From positions 10,356,001 through 10,420,000 of the forward strand of contig NC_045698.1 in assembly GCF_009834535.1 (NCBI RefSeq): a stretch of DNA of 64,000 nucleotides. Reading direction: 5' to 3'. This DNA is from Camelus ferus. Lineage: Eukaryota. Positions within the stretch are counted from its first letter, which is position 1; every line of letters begins with the position of its first letter. Below, in pieces: positions 10,473 through 23,577 of the stretch. Position numbers and translations under genes: made by a program. The notes under the pieces were generated by a model. The model saw nothing but the letters and a program-made list of their open reading frames with translations. It searched no databases and was not told the DNA's origin.

Positions 10473-13400
10473 GTAAGCTGGAACCAGCCCTTTCTTTGGA
10501 GAGGTGAATGTAGCCAGTCTCTGGTCTGAGATGAAATTGCCCCTTTCTATCCATAAATGTCAGTTTGTCATCAACATTTCAGACAGCAGCCACGGGTTAA
10601 GAGAGGCGCCAGGACATGGTACCAGGAGCAAAGATTTGGAGTGTCAGGGCTAGAAGATGCTGACGCGTCTTCATGGGTTCAGAAAAATCACCTGCCCGTC
10701 TCGGTGCTGTTGCACGGTTTTCTAACAGGGTGTTCCAAGGCTGCTGTTTTGTTTTATGTTAAGCAGGAGAACCCATTATTTTAAATTAGATCTTACACAG
10801 AGCCCTGGTGCCTGGAAGTGGGGCTGCTCTGATTGAAGCAGGGGCACTGGCATGCAGGTTGGCCATGAGGCACCCTTTCAGAGCCCAGGCTGCGCCCCTG
10901 GCCTGGGCCTGCCCCCTGCTGACCACTGGGAGGGAGCACCTGACCTGCAGCACAGAAGTCGGCAGGGATGCCTTCTACAGGGGTGGCCTGAAGTGTCCTT
11001 GATTCTGTCTTGGTAGAAGCCAAAAAACCTATAAGATAAAGTGACAGGAGCAGTTGGAATCCTGGGCTTATGTGAATGCACAGATGCCCAGAGTCCCCTG
11101 TAAAAGCCAGTGGGGACATTGCTGTCAGCAGGGGCCTCTATTCCTACTGAGATGTGCACCTGTTCTAGTCCAAGTTCTTAAATTATTTGACGACATGTAG
11201 GGGTTTCAGTGGACTTGCCCTCGGTTCAGAACTGCCGGGTTTCTTGCTGTCTGATACGAGCTGTGCTTTCCTACACGAGGCCTCGGTACCCCCCCCACGA
11301 AATGTGGGCGCCTGCCCCATGCACAGTCCCCACAGCCCGCCCACTATCTGACAGCATCATGTGGAAGCAGTTACTGACGGAGGGGAGAGTCCAGTGTGGG
11401 GGATGCTCCAGAAGGCCAGTCTAGAGTCCCAGGCTTTGGGCTCTTCTCACTCGTTTTTGCAGAATTCATGGTATTGAATGTTGTTTCCAGAACAGAAATA
11501 AGTTGGTTTAAAATTTTTGTTTTCCTACAATGATTTTATTTTCAGAATCCTCCTGATTTGAGTGATCAGCTCTTTCTCAACCTACTTTTTGAGGTCACTA
11601 TGTCATAAGTCCTAGAAGTTGGAATGCTTAGAGTAACAGGACTAGAGAATAGAAATAATGGCTCACTTGATTTTGTTCAGAGCTCAGTGTATTAGCATTC
11701 AGCAAATATTTCCTGCCTGTAGTAATAATGAGGAAGAAGATAAATGAGACGTTCAGGCATCTGGCATCTAATAGCATCTCTCCCTGCGGACCCACCCACA
11801 GTCATTTAGTTAAGAAAATAAAATTGGAACTTGGAAATATTTCATCAGAGTAATCCTCATTATTTTCTTTTAAAAAAAATAGTAATTGAGGTGATCGAGT
11901 CATCTAAACAGTTACATGAGACTTCCACCTGAAGAAAAGTGAGGAAGAATCTGGCTCATGACTGAGGGGGCTGGGGACGGGCCACTCCATCCGGGCCAGT
12001 TTCCCGGCCTCCCCGTGGGTGAGCCCGCCATCCCAGTGGAGGCGCATCGAGCCCAGGCTCAGTCTCACTGGGTAATCCCCTCATGGGTCTGGTCTGGGTT
12101 TACCCTAGAAATAAGTTGAGAAGTTTATTTTAAAAAGTAAGGTATTTGAATGAAATTCATGGAGAAAAATAAATGTAGAAAGTTCTGCCTTTGGAAGGTA
12201 CATTGAGACTTTTCTGGAGGTAGATCCAAAAAGAAAGAATAACTTGGTTTCTCAGGTGGTTAGCGTGTAAATGGGTGGTGGTGGGAGTCCAGAAGTGCCC
12301 CGTGTCTGGGAAGGGGCTCCTGACTCTCCAGCTCCCCACCCTGGGGGGAGCCGCCAGCACCAGGCATCTGCCACGTGGAGAGGCCGTGTGCTAGTTCCCG
12401 GGGCACCCTGGTCCCCACCGTGCGGCTGCCTCCAGTCACAGGAGGTTCGCCACAGAAAGAAGACCTTGTCCCGGAGTCAGGGTGCGTTAACTAGTTGACT
12501 TCGGATCAGTTACAGCAGGACAGGCTTCTGTGCACTCGGAACGGAGGCTGCACCACTCCTGTAGGAAAATACGGCACCATCCTGGGGACTGTCGCTATGA
12601 GGACAGCAGATTTTGGCACCCAGTGAGAGAGAAAGAGTGAGTCACTAACAAAAGTGCAGGTTTGTAGAAAGTAATCATTCTACTGGGGTATGAGAATTTT
12701 TAAAGAACCGCCTATAAAATTTTTTATCTGTGATGATTACTTACCAGTTTCTGTTTACCTCACCTAACACATTATCTGAACTTTGTCCCATGGCCCAGAA
12801 ATCCCTCAGGAGCCACTTCTGCACATCACTCCTCCACGCATGCTTGTCACAGGTCCTGCTGGCTCCTGCCCTCTCAGTCGCTCTCAGCTTAACGTTCTCA
12901 TGACTCTTAACCATCTTGGGGAGCTACGCTCCAAAACTCAGTTTCCTTAAGTAGGCGTGGCATGTCGTTGGTACCCCTCATTGAGACCAGGGGTCCTTCC
13001 TGGGCTCAGAAGTACACAGAAGGGGTCACATGTCTTCCTAAGACTGTAGAACCACCACAACAGGTTCTCTTCTTTTGATCCTGGGCTCTGCGTTTGGGAG
13101 GAGAATAAACGGGGTGTGAGACAACACAGGGTAAGTCAGAGCAGGGCATTCGAAGGGGGCACACCTGCGAGGCCTTACACAGGAGGCGCCCCTGCTGCGC
13201 CCACATGTGTGCCTGCACGTGTGCTGTCTGCTTTTGGAAGGTTTTCTTGTAGCCAGCTCCTTTTCTGTACTTTTCTGGTAGAACATTTCAGGGTCAGTGA
13301 ATGATCTGGGAGAATACATTTAGGAAACGGTATCGTTTTCTGAGTCAGTTTGTAAAATACACTGTTTCTCTGAACCAGGCGTAACCAGAAAACCCCCGTA

Positions 13401-15114
13401 TCTCTAATGGCAGTAACTTTTCACACATCTCAAGGTTCTTTCCACCCTACGTATTTCAAGTTTAAACAGCCTCTGATGATACAGGCAGATCTGTCGAGGG
13501 AAATGACTTAGCCACGTTCTGCTTATTTGACTTAATTGATGGTGTCTGTTATGAGTTAGTTGTTATCATGGAGTTTGGTTCCATTTCAGAACTGGGTGGG
13601 GAGATGTTTTTTAGGCCTCTTGGAAAATTCTTGAGGAAAACTTATCTGCCCGGTGCTGTAGTAACTCTCAGATGAGGCTCAGAATGTTCTGGAAGAGTCT
13701 GTTGAGGAGGGGCTCCTGGAGAAACCCTCTTTAGCAGAGCTGGAGAAGGCTGGTCACAGATACAAGCCACAGGCCCCCACAAACACACTTCCTTCCTTGA
13801 AAACATTCGTTTTAAAATACGCCATCTCTTTGTTCCAAATATATACGTTTAGCACTGATTCTTGCCCGTATTAATGGTACTTATGCTGATAAAGCAATCT
13901 TGTGAAAATACAATTTAGGTTCCAAAGAAATCAAATGCTTGCCAGATTCTTATCTCATTTGTCCTGAGCCTGTCTCCCTGAGGTAGGGAGGAGAAGCCTT
14001 CTGGACACTGAGGAGATGAGGGAGGCTGGAGGACCCTCCCAGGGCCACCCAGCAGCAGGGAGCTGAAGCCAGAAACACAATGTGGATTTAATTACCTGGG
14101 GAGGTCTAGACTCTATTATTTCACACTAGAGCTGAATAGGAGCTGAATATTTCTAGCATATTAAAGAAGCATTTTTCATAGTTTGCCTTCTCTCTGCATA
14201 ATTAGTCTGTGGTTTGCTTCATATAACAGAATTTTATATTATAAGGAAAGTAATATGGGACTGAAATATAGGCTGCTATAGAACAAAGCATCTTAAGGGC
14301 AGGATGAAAAGGATCACCAAGGCAAGACGGGGCAGCCTGTGGGGAAGTGACCCAAGCTGGGGAGCAGGTGTGAGCCTGTGTTGGATCTAAAGTCACGCAG
14401 TTCTTGTTTTTAATGAATGAGAAATTCGGTTGAGACCTGTACTTGGCATGAACTGCCCTAAGCGTGTTAGATGAATATATGAATCCACACACTTAAAAAA
14501 GTAAACGGTTTCACTCACCTTTCATGAAGTATATATAGCAGTGTGCTGGGGATATGAAATTTTACGGAGCTGAAAAGGCAGTCACCTTTCTCTGTGAACT
14601 GACAGTCTGCACCATGGAACCTGGGATGGGCTTATGTAAACTGCAGCATTGAGGAAGTGTGTAAAGTAACTAATGCCAGGACGCTTTAAAGTGTGGCTGG
14701 ATTCACGTTTTTGAGGCAGGGAAGCTGCATTCAGACTGCTCAGGAAGAGCCGCGTGCTTGCGTTCAGCCCTGTTTCTGCATACCTGGCGCTGGGTGGCAC
14801 TGGCTGGCCTGGCCAGGACTGAGGGTGAGGCCGGCCACGTGCTTGGGACCCCACTCTCCCCTCGTCCCGAAGGTGCCAGAAGCAGGAGCGGAGCTTGGCT
14901 CAAAGGGACCACTCAGCTGGCTGGCCAGGCGGAGCTCTCCAGGTCTCCCAGGGCCTCGGAGTTTGCCCTTGGGGACATGAAATCGAGTCAGAAGCCTTTC
15001 TGGGTGAGGACAGCACATGGTTCTCATCCCCTCAGACAGAGCACTCGGGACAGCGGTTAGAGTCCCGACCGCCCAGAGTGCAGCAGGTAGTTACGCAGAT
15101 TTCACTGTCCAACA

Positions 15115-15478
15115 GCAGGTGGTTAAGAACAGGGAGGCACTCCCCAGCCAGGCCTGTGAGCGCTGCTTCTGTGCACACATCCCTGTGCCTCGGTTTCCTC
15201 ATCTGTAAATGGGGACGGTACTGCTCCTCCCTGCTAGGGCTGTGGGCATTAAAAGTGTGTGTTTGTGAGGGAGGTACAGCTCAGTGGTAGAGTGCGTGCT
15301 TAGCGTGCACAAAGTCCTAGGTTCAATCCCCAGTACCTCCATTAAAAAATAAATAATCACCCCCCCCAAAAAAAATCCCACAAAAACAGAAAAACAAAAA
15401 TAAAAAGTGGCATCTAGAAAAAAATGTGCATTTAGAACAGTGCCTCGCGTGTACTGGGCACTGGATAGAAATTAGCTT
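15115..15478 (+). mobile_element. MIR SINE split by a younger SINE
   Basis: The core ctgtgcctcggtttcctcatctgtaaatgggga lies before 15250, and the MIR 3' end catttagaacagtgcct...attagct resumes after 15420. Confidence 0.7.
15267..15406 (+). mobile_element. tRNA-Ala(AGC)-derived SINE, camelid Vic-1 type
   Basis: tRNA-like head gaggtacagctcagtggtagagtgcgtgcttagcgtgcacaaagtcctaggttcaatccccagtacctcca with A box, AGC anticodon arm and B box ggttcaatcc. It is followed by attaaaaaataaataa, a C-run and an A-rich tail. It is inserted at tt|aaaagtg, and aaaagtg recurs after the tail. Confidence 0.85.
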
Positions 15479-18400
15479 CATTTTAAAATTACTTCCTTCT
15501 CTGTCACGGCTGGGCGATTGACGTTCGTTACTTGCCGTCACAAGTCACTGTCTGCATCGGCTTCTTTCTGAGCTCGCTTGGCTGCAGTGGGTTCAGCGGC
15601 GGTTGTGTGTGTCAGGCCCTGGGGGTGGGGCTCAGGACAGAATGATGCTCTGAGTTAGTGCCTGGACTTGCACGGCTTGGTGGCCCCACAGCAAACCACT
15701 GACCACTGCTGAATGGGCAGCCACTGAAGAAGGGGGAGGCTCCTGCTTGAAGCCTGCTTTACTCCTGCCGTCTTTACTCCTACCACCCTGGTTGCGCTGT
15801 GGCCACGTGCGTGTGGATGACTCTGAGCTCTTCACAAGGTCGAGTCGTTGACTCACTGATACGAGAGCATCATCCCCGTGCAGCCCGGACAGGAGCTGCC
15901 GCCCGGCTACGAGCGGGGACAGCCCTCCCCACCTGCAGCCTGGTGAGGGTGACACCTGCCACTGGTTCCCTCTCTTTCTAAGTGACTGCGGCTTTTTGTT
16001 ACTTTTAACAAGTGTTCTGGGAGATCCTGTGAAGCCACAGAAAGAATGCAGGCTCTTCTCACTCTAGTTACTCAGCCAGAGAAACAAAATCCCCCGCACT
16101 GGAGTAGAGAACCTCAGTTCTAAGAAAAGGCAGATTTCTCAAAAATACAGTTTAGGTAGAAATGTAACAGAAGTGTTTCTTAAAATAGTGGCACATCGAG
16201 AAACTGACCAAAGTTACTGTTGATGACAGTAAGAGTTTTGATTCAGACTCAAGGCAGGTGGTTTATTGGAGCTGTTTTTCCTTCAGGTGAGGGGCCCAGG
16301 CGGCTGGCTGCCTGTCACACCTTAGTCTTCAGAAGAAAAAAAGAGGCATTTCAAATGAACTTTTCCTGAGAAAAGACTGTCTTGCCCTCTCAGGAAATGC
16401 AGCAGACAGACTCCTTTGGGTTGCGTTGTCCTCAGAGGTGCCGTGCTTTCCAGGACCTGTGATTACAGGTAGTTCAGGGGGTCAGGTGTCTGCTTCCTGA
16501 CTCCCCTTCCTTTTCCTGCTTGTCCGCCAGCGAAGTGTGTCATCCACACACGGCTCACCCCCTGGCACCTCTCGTTCTGATGTGTTCAGAGTGAGGAGAT
16601 TGCCGCGTCAGTCCAGGTCAGCTTCTGGAAGCCCGGAGGCCCGATACCCGGCAGATGTCCTCTCTTGGATTTGCCTGACACTGAAAGCTTGCCTTTTTAA
16701 TTACATCTTTTAAATTTAGCATCTTGACATCTAACTTTCCATTGCACCTCGTATGTAGCACAGGCAAGAAGGCTTCCAAGAGTTATTTCCACGTCAAAAC
16801 CAGGGTGTGACCACATTAGAGAAGAGTGAGGATTGACCTCCCTGAACACTGTGCTCCGTCTTTCTTTCCTGGATAAAATGTTGGATATGGTGACCTGCTG
16901 CTTTTGAAAGAGTTTTTTCTCACGTTGTCGCAGACTTCTTTTTATTTATTTATTTTCCTATTTTCTTTTTTCTTTTTCTTGAGGGAGGGTGGTAAGAAAC
17001 AGAATTGTTGCCATCTGAAGCGTTTTCGGTTCTCACGGATTCCTTTCCCACCCCCGACACGTGACAGCCTCCCCACTGGTCCTCTTGGAAACCGCGCAGC
17101 AGGTTCTGGTGACGACTTCTCCCGTGAACTTGGCCTCGGGGTTGGGGTGAGCAGGGGGCTTGATGGTCACAGCCTTAGGTGTTAGGTCGGCCGCTGAGAG
17201 GCGCAAGCCCCCGGCCTCCGCGAAGCTGCCCCGGGAGAAGCCTGGGCGAGTGAGCAGCCGGGGTAATACGAGTCGCTGGGGATCTGTTCCAGCTGCCAGT
17301 GGTCGCCTTTCTCTCGTAACCACGGCCGCCAGCAGAGCTGTACTTTCTAATCCCCTTTAACCGAGGAACCACTCTGTGGTCTGCTCTGTGTGAAGCCTCC
17401 AGAAAACCGCAAGCCCCTCTTGTGAGGTCTCTGAGCGCCCGCGCTGTCCTGGGCTGTAGAAGGTGACTGTTCTTCAGGGGGAGGTGGCTTTTGTTAGACC
17501 ACATCCCCCTCTCCTTGGAAGTGCTCTCAGAGAATTGACCAGACACCCACCTGCAATCGATCTTAGGTTCTCAAAGCAGAATCCTGTGCAGGGAGGAAGA
17601 CATCCTCCACCGAGCCAGTCAAAAAGAGCCCCTGTTCCTCTGGCAGAACCTGCCCCAGGGCTCCTCTGGGGCCGGTCCTTCAAACCAGGTGTCTGCTCTT
17701 GTCTCTCAAGAACTGTCTGGTCTTGTAACGTAGACGTGCCTCATCACAGGGCACCAGGGAGGGGACACCAGAGCAACAGGGAGACGTCCCTGGCCGTGGT
17801 CTGCTTCGCTTACTGCCCTTAACTGGGCTCAGGCAAATCAAATCAATATAACATGGTTTCTCCAGGAAAAAGTGAAATTTTGTTCTTCGGTCATTGTTGA
17901 AGGTTCACATGCCTTTGATCAGAGATGAGTATTTCATTCTTTTAGATGAAACACAGCAACTTACTCATTTTCAGCCATTCTGGAGAGAGTTCAGGCAGAG
18001 GGACTCTGGTTTGATTCTACTGTCTGTGCGTCTGGGCCACTGGAGTCCCTGCAGCCCTTTCGGGGGGGACGGGTGGTCATGGAGGAGGCATTTCGTTATA
18101 GAATCCATGGTCCACCCTCCAGTTAAGGCCATTTTACTGTCATGCTGTTTAGTCACCACCTTTAGTTTTTTAAGGTGACAAGAGAGTTGGGGGAAAAAAA
18201 GAACTATCTTTGATGAGACTGTCACACGAGTTAACGTGAGTCATGGAAATTGAGACTTTTCATGAATTGCAGTCCTGAACTGAATGTGTGTGGTAAGGAG
18301 CCCACAACAGAAGACCGGAAAACACATAGGCATGAAAAAGACGCTGAAAATTGTCACAAAGTGTGGTTGGAAAGAAAAAGTAAAATTTTAAACCAGATAA

Positions 18401-20109
18401 ATGGACTAGTAACTCTTTCAACCTAGTAATGAAATTGTACCACTGGGGGTAGAGACGTCACTGACGGCAAGTAAGACATGTTTAATGCTGTATGTTATCT
18501 GAACTCTTTCTGATTAGGACTTAATTCTTAAAAGACTTTAATGACTTGCGTTGCTTCCTCAAAATAGTTCATCTTTTATGCCAAAAAAAAAGTTTTTGTT
18601 GTTTTTAATTAACAAACCTGGTTTTAAAGACAAGCTTTGGAATGTGTTTAAAATATTCAAATGTGAATGGTGAGACAGAAATCCACAAATTGCCTCTTCT
18701 CTGGACTAGAAAACGTCCACTTAATCCTCCCTGCACGGATTTGTGTGGAGATTCTTATGGGAAAAGTCAGTTGATTTTCAGGAGTAAAGCCAAGAAGATA
18801 GGATTTTTTTAAAAATAGTAATTCTAGCACTGTGAGGAAACAGATTCTTCTGGTACTAGAGTCTGTTACTAAGTTCCCTAAAGCTTTTGAAAAAGAATTT
18901 TGACTCAGTCTGCGATTCTTTGTCTGAACAGGCTTGATTTTTCTTTCTCAGGCTCTGTCAAGTGCACAGATGTTTCCAATAGTTTTGATGACTCTGTGAG
19001 GGGCTAAAACTCAGTGCCAGGAGGGAAGTCTAGCTTCATCCCTCTCAGCAGCCCCCTTCTCCTTCCCACCCTTCCCCCACCCACAGGACACACCACGTGG
19101 CTTTGGGCGGCCTGAAAAATTCACAGATATCTAGAGACAGCAGCCGGCACAGGCTGGCGATGAGGTGGTGTGTCTTGAAGTTGAACTTCCTGGGGCCAGG
19201 GTGGGGACACTCTGGGGCCACATGCACAAGCAGGGCCAGTGGACGAGTGGCCGTCCTGGGAGAGCTCTGGCCGGGGGTACGGTCCGCGGGGAGTGTGGGC
19301 CTGCGGGGCCTCAGCAGGCTGGACTCCTCACTGGGGCTTGTTCACAGGCCACGCTCTCCCTGGGATGGGAAACATTCCTCCTTTTCGTTACAGGGATTAA
19401 CCACTTCCATCACATGGGGTTTTACGAGGAAAATTCTTCTCCGGGATGGGCCTCTGCCTTTAACGTTAGCATCTTCACTTGTTCACAGAGGAATATGTGA
19501 GATTCAGCTTGGTTTTTTTCTACAGAGAAATTTGTAACCTCTAGAAGGGGATTAATCATTTGTGGAAAATGTCCTTTGTGGCCTAGCAGACACAATTCCT
19601 TTTGTCAATATTTGTGCTTCATTATGGAAAAGTTTTGTTTTGCTTTCTGTGGTTGTCTGGTGGACATGTGTTTCTTATTCTAAATATCTGAACTTTCTCT
19701 GGAAAGACAGGCTGTTAGAACCAGAGGGCAGTGGAGAGCAGGGAGCATAACGGGGCGGCCGACAGCCTTCAGCACAAGCGAGCAGCCGAGGACGCCGCAG
19801 GGCCACAAGCCTGTGCAGGGGGCATGGCTCCCAGGGCCCGGCCAAGGGCGGGGCCCAGCAGCCTCTTTGGACTGGGGATGTTTCCCAGCAGGAGGCCTGG
19901 CCTGGCTGCCCCTTCCTCCCGCAGCCCAGTGTCCATCTTCTGCTCTTGTGTGGTCTCTGTGCTGATGCCCAAAGGCCAACAGAAAGCTGGGCACATCACA
20001 TACTGAACACAGGCAGGGACAGCTCCCAGAGTCCCAGAGGAAAAGCCTATGTTTCATCTTCGTTTTCAAACAGTGCCTTCATTTTTAGAGCAAACGTGTT
20101 TTACCTTTT

Positions 20110-21500
20110 TTCACTTCAGCACATGTTTGACCACTTACTGGACACAAAACATCACGTGAGGCAGCGTTAGGAAAGGCTCTGTTCTCCGACAGCTTCCTCA
20201 TCCAAGCTGTGCACTGGTCCTTGGTGCTGGGGGCCCAGCGGTGACTGAGACCCTCACAAAAGAATAACACACACTTGCTTTCTGGTGCCCAGGGCAGGCG
20301 CACATAAAAACCCAAGACACGGCTCATGTCAGAATTGAGACATGATTTAACCAAGTGCTAAGGGTGGTGGATACAGGAGTGGCTTCTCAGAGGGGTTTGG
20401 TGGGGGCTTATACTAGACAAACTGGGGAGGTGGGGGCTCTGAGCAGAAAGGTGGCGTGGATACAAGGCATGCAGGACCCACCTCAGAGGAGGACAAGGCC
20501 ACTTCAGGCCGTGAGGCACCTGAGAAGAAGCTGAACATGCCTGGAAAGGTGGACTGGGCCCCGGTTGTGGGCAGTTTGAATCCTGGGCTGAGGAATTTGT
20601 GTCTAAGGTTCTAGAATAGAAGGAGGCATGTTTGCACTGGAGGATCCACATTTTGAAAAGGTATCTGGCAGCGGTGCTTAGGGGGTTTTGGGGGAGGGCC
20701 TGGGTCAGGCGGGCCACTCCGGAGATCACTGCAAAAATCCAAATGAAATGACCGCTGTGGGTGTGCAGAGCAAGGAAGGAATCAGAAAGATGCCCTAACT
20801 TCCATCTGGCAGTATTCGGAGGGTGAAAAATGGAGAGATTGTGACACCATCACCCGAAAGGCAACACCGGAAGAGAAACAGATGTGTGTGTGGTGGGGGA
20901 AGGGGGAGCAATGGGGGCGGATAATGAGCCGTGTCCTAGACTCACTGCTTTGAAGGGACAGGGAAACAGCAAGCTGGGATGCCTGCCTGGAAGTCCCCAG
21001 CATGGAGGGCATGGCTTTGGAGCCCACGTCAGGGATCGTGGACAGATAGGAGAGACTGAACCTGGGGCTGCCCGTGTTGAAGGGCCAGAGGGGACAGTCC
21101 ACAGGCAGGGAGCTGGTCAAGGGATTCTTACTTAACAGGGACAGTAAGGAGCATATACATGAGCTGTCCCCAAGGAGTCTCAGGGAAGACGCACAGGGCA
21201 CAGGTCGTGGATGGCAGACGGTCACGAGGAGGCCACATGCTTGTTTACAGGCAGATCATGGAGGTGATGTTCTTTTTGGATGTGCTTCAAAGGGCCTGAG
21301 CCTTAGAAGGGTTCTGATGGAAATGGGAGTGAGCTTAGAGGAGACAACAGGCGAGGGAAGAAGGGAAGGGACTCTCAGGCTGGAAGACACGTGGCATGTG
21401 GCGGGGCTGGGGTCAGTGGCTGAGAGTCAGACTGGCACACTAAGGAGCATCCTGGGGGTGGGGAGGGTTCTGGAGACAGAAGGGCATGCTCTGCCCGAGT
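20110..21500 (-). mobile_element. Degraded L2 LINE (approximate bounds)
   Basis: ttcagcacatgtttgaccacttac resembles the antisense L2 3' end, followed by a long purine-rich stretch typical of antisense L2. Confidence 0.45.
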
Positions 21501-21690
21501 TTCGGGGTCCTGGCCCCCTGTGTCCGCTCCCTCCTGACCCAGGCCGCACTGAGGAGCCCACATGCCAGTGGCTCACACGGCCCATTACCAACAAAACCCT
21601 GTTTCATTTTATCACCATATTTCACAATAATCTCCCAAAGGGCCTTGAAGTAGAGTTTTTACTCGTTTACAGTAAGTTTAGAATTGAATA

Positions 21691-22027
21691 CAGTTGACCT
21701 TTGAACAACACAGGTTTGAACTGTGCGAGTCCACTTACATGTGCATTTATTTTAGTAAATACATACATGTACTGTCGATGTAGTTTCTCTTCCTTATGAT
21801 CTTAATAACATTTTCTTTTCTGTAGCTTACTGTATTGTAAGAATATAGGACATAATACAGATGACATACAAAATATGTGTCAATCAACTGTTCGTGCTAT
21901 TGGTAAGACCTCTGGTCAACACCGAGCTACTAGTGGTCAAGTTTGGGGGAAGTCAGAAGTTGCACACAGGTTTCTGACCGTGTGGGAGGTCAGCGCCCCA
22001 ACCCCTGTGGTGTTCAAGGGTCACCTG
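21691..22027 (+). mobile_element. Tigger2-derived MITE (Tigger2a/MER28-like)
   Basis: TIRs cagttgacctttgaaca ... tgttcaagggtcacctg (15/17 complementary) with a left-flank TA. Internal sequence resembles the Tigger2 ends. Confidence 0.88.
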
Positions 22028-22348
22028 TGTATAGCACTTTGTGAGAAGGGAGATAACTATGTCTGAGGCACAAAAAGATTTGGCCATTTATATGAAAAGA
22101 CATCAGATTCTGATAGTGTAAAACTCAGAAAATCATAATTATACGTTAGAATGTGAAAAAGTAAATAACTATTCGTGTGATTCCAAAGGGACATGAATTA
22201 CGGGACACTGAGACTGGAGAGATTCGCCCAGCTGGTGCGCAAGGCTTTGACCCGTGTGGAGTGGAAATAGAGTTCTGGCCCAGTCGGTGGCCTCCCCTGC
22301 TGAAGGCCAGTGGCTGGGCTCGCTGACCTGTGCCCTTTCCCTCCGCAG

Positions 22349-22592
22349 CTCTCCGGCGGCTGCGAGCTGACGGTGGTCATCCATGACTTCACGGCCTGCA
22401 ACAGCACTGAGCTGACCATCCGCCGTGGGCAGACCGTGGAGGTTTTGGAGCGGCCCCACGACAAGCCCGACTGGTGTCTGGTGCGGACCACTGACCGGTC
22501 CCCCGCCGCCGAAGGCCTGGTCCCCTGCGGCTCCTTGTGCATCGCCCACTCTAGAAGCAGCATGGAGATGGAAGGCATCTTCAACCACAAAG
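22349..22592 (+). CDS. TRIO: TRIO coding exon (~exon 34), first SH3 domain: LSGGCELTVVIHDFTACNSTELTIRRGQTVEVL...MEGIFNHK(D)
   Basis: Acceptor ccctttccctccgcag|CTC, donor AAAG|gtaggg, 244 nt, phase 0/1. SH3 signature HDF...EL...W...EGLVP. Confidence 0.97.
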
Positions 22593-23271
22593 GTAGGGGC
22601 TCGCGGGCCGTGGGTGGAAATGACATTCCCCCTGGAAACGGCGCTGCTGCTTCTGTCCCCGCTTCTTTGCAGCCTTGCAGTAGGTGTGATCCCTCTTTAT
22701 CGCTCGGGCCCTAATCTCGTCACTGTGTCTGGGCCTTTGTCGTCCATCAGGGACTGAAGCGGAAATGAGGGTCTCACCTGTGGCTCAGAAATAATGAACC
22801 ATCGCCCCATTTCCCAGCTGTGTAATAAGGTATCAGGTTAGAAAAGGAGGAGGGGGCTGTTCTTGGGGGCAGTGTCAGGTTTTCACATTGTGGATTCTTC
22901 ATTTTGCTAGTGTCAAGTCCTAGACTGTCAAGCACATGGGCCCTGAGAGTTTAACCACGTCATCTTTATAGCTTTGTAATGTATCCCAGCACATCCAAGA
23001 CTCCCCAAGTTCCCTGCCTGGAGAGGGAACGCAGCTGGACCCCCCAGAGAGAGGCTGACCGAGTCAGGCAGGGCTCAGTGTCAGGGGTCTGTGGCTGTGA
23101 CAAGAGAGGTGGCTTTTGAAAGAAGTGCTTTCAACAGAAGTAACAGAGCATTTGAGTAAAATGGCCTTTGGGGACTCCTTTAGAGAAAGGTAACTGTAGC
23201 AAGTTTACTTTTCCACATTGTCTAGATGGGGCAGTAATGGGCTCCTAGCAAGGTACAAGAGTCTGTTTACC

Positions 23272-23577
23272 CTGGACGTCCGGCATGGTAGCTGCTGGAC
23301 TAACGTGGCTGTTAAGAACTTAAAACAGGGCCGGTCTGAATGGAGATATTCTGCAGGTGCAAAATAAACGCTGGATTGCAAGACCTAGTATGACCCAAAA
23401 AATGTGTAATTATTTTAGAGTCATTTCATGCTGAAATGATAATGTGTTTTATAGAGTGGGTTAAGTAAAAGGTATTGTTTGAATCAATTTCACTTCTTTT
23501 AACTACTTACATCGTGGCTACAAGAAAATTTAAAATTATATGTGCAGCTTACACTATGTGTCTACTGAACCGCACTG
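23272..23577 (-). mobile_element. MER33-like hAT-Charlie MITE
   Basis: Colinear with the MER33 reverse complement as I recall it: atggtagctgctgg...gctgaaatgataat...gtggctacaagaaaatttaaaattatatgtg...gcactg. Confidence 0.75.

Noticed and set aside
15267..15341. Functional tRNA-Ala gene
   Set aside because: The acceptor and T stems are mismatched, an A-rich tail replaces the poly(T) terminator, and a partial TSD is present. This is a SINE.
22593..22714. Read-through of the SH3 exon donor giving an alternative C-terminus
   Set aside because: The donor is good (AAG|gtaggg), the extension is unremarkable and I saw no nearby canonical poly(A) signal.
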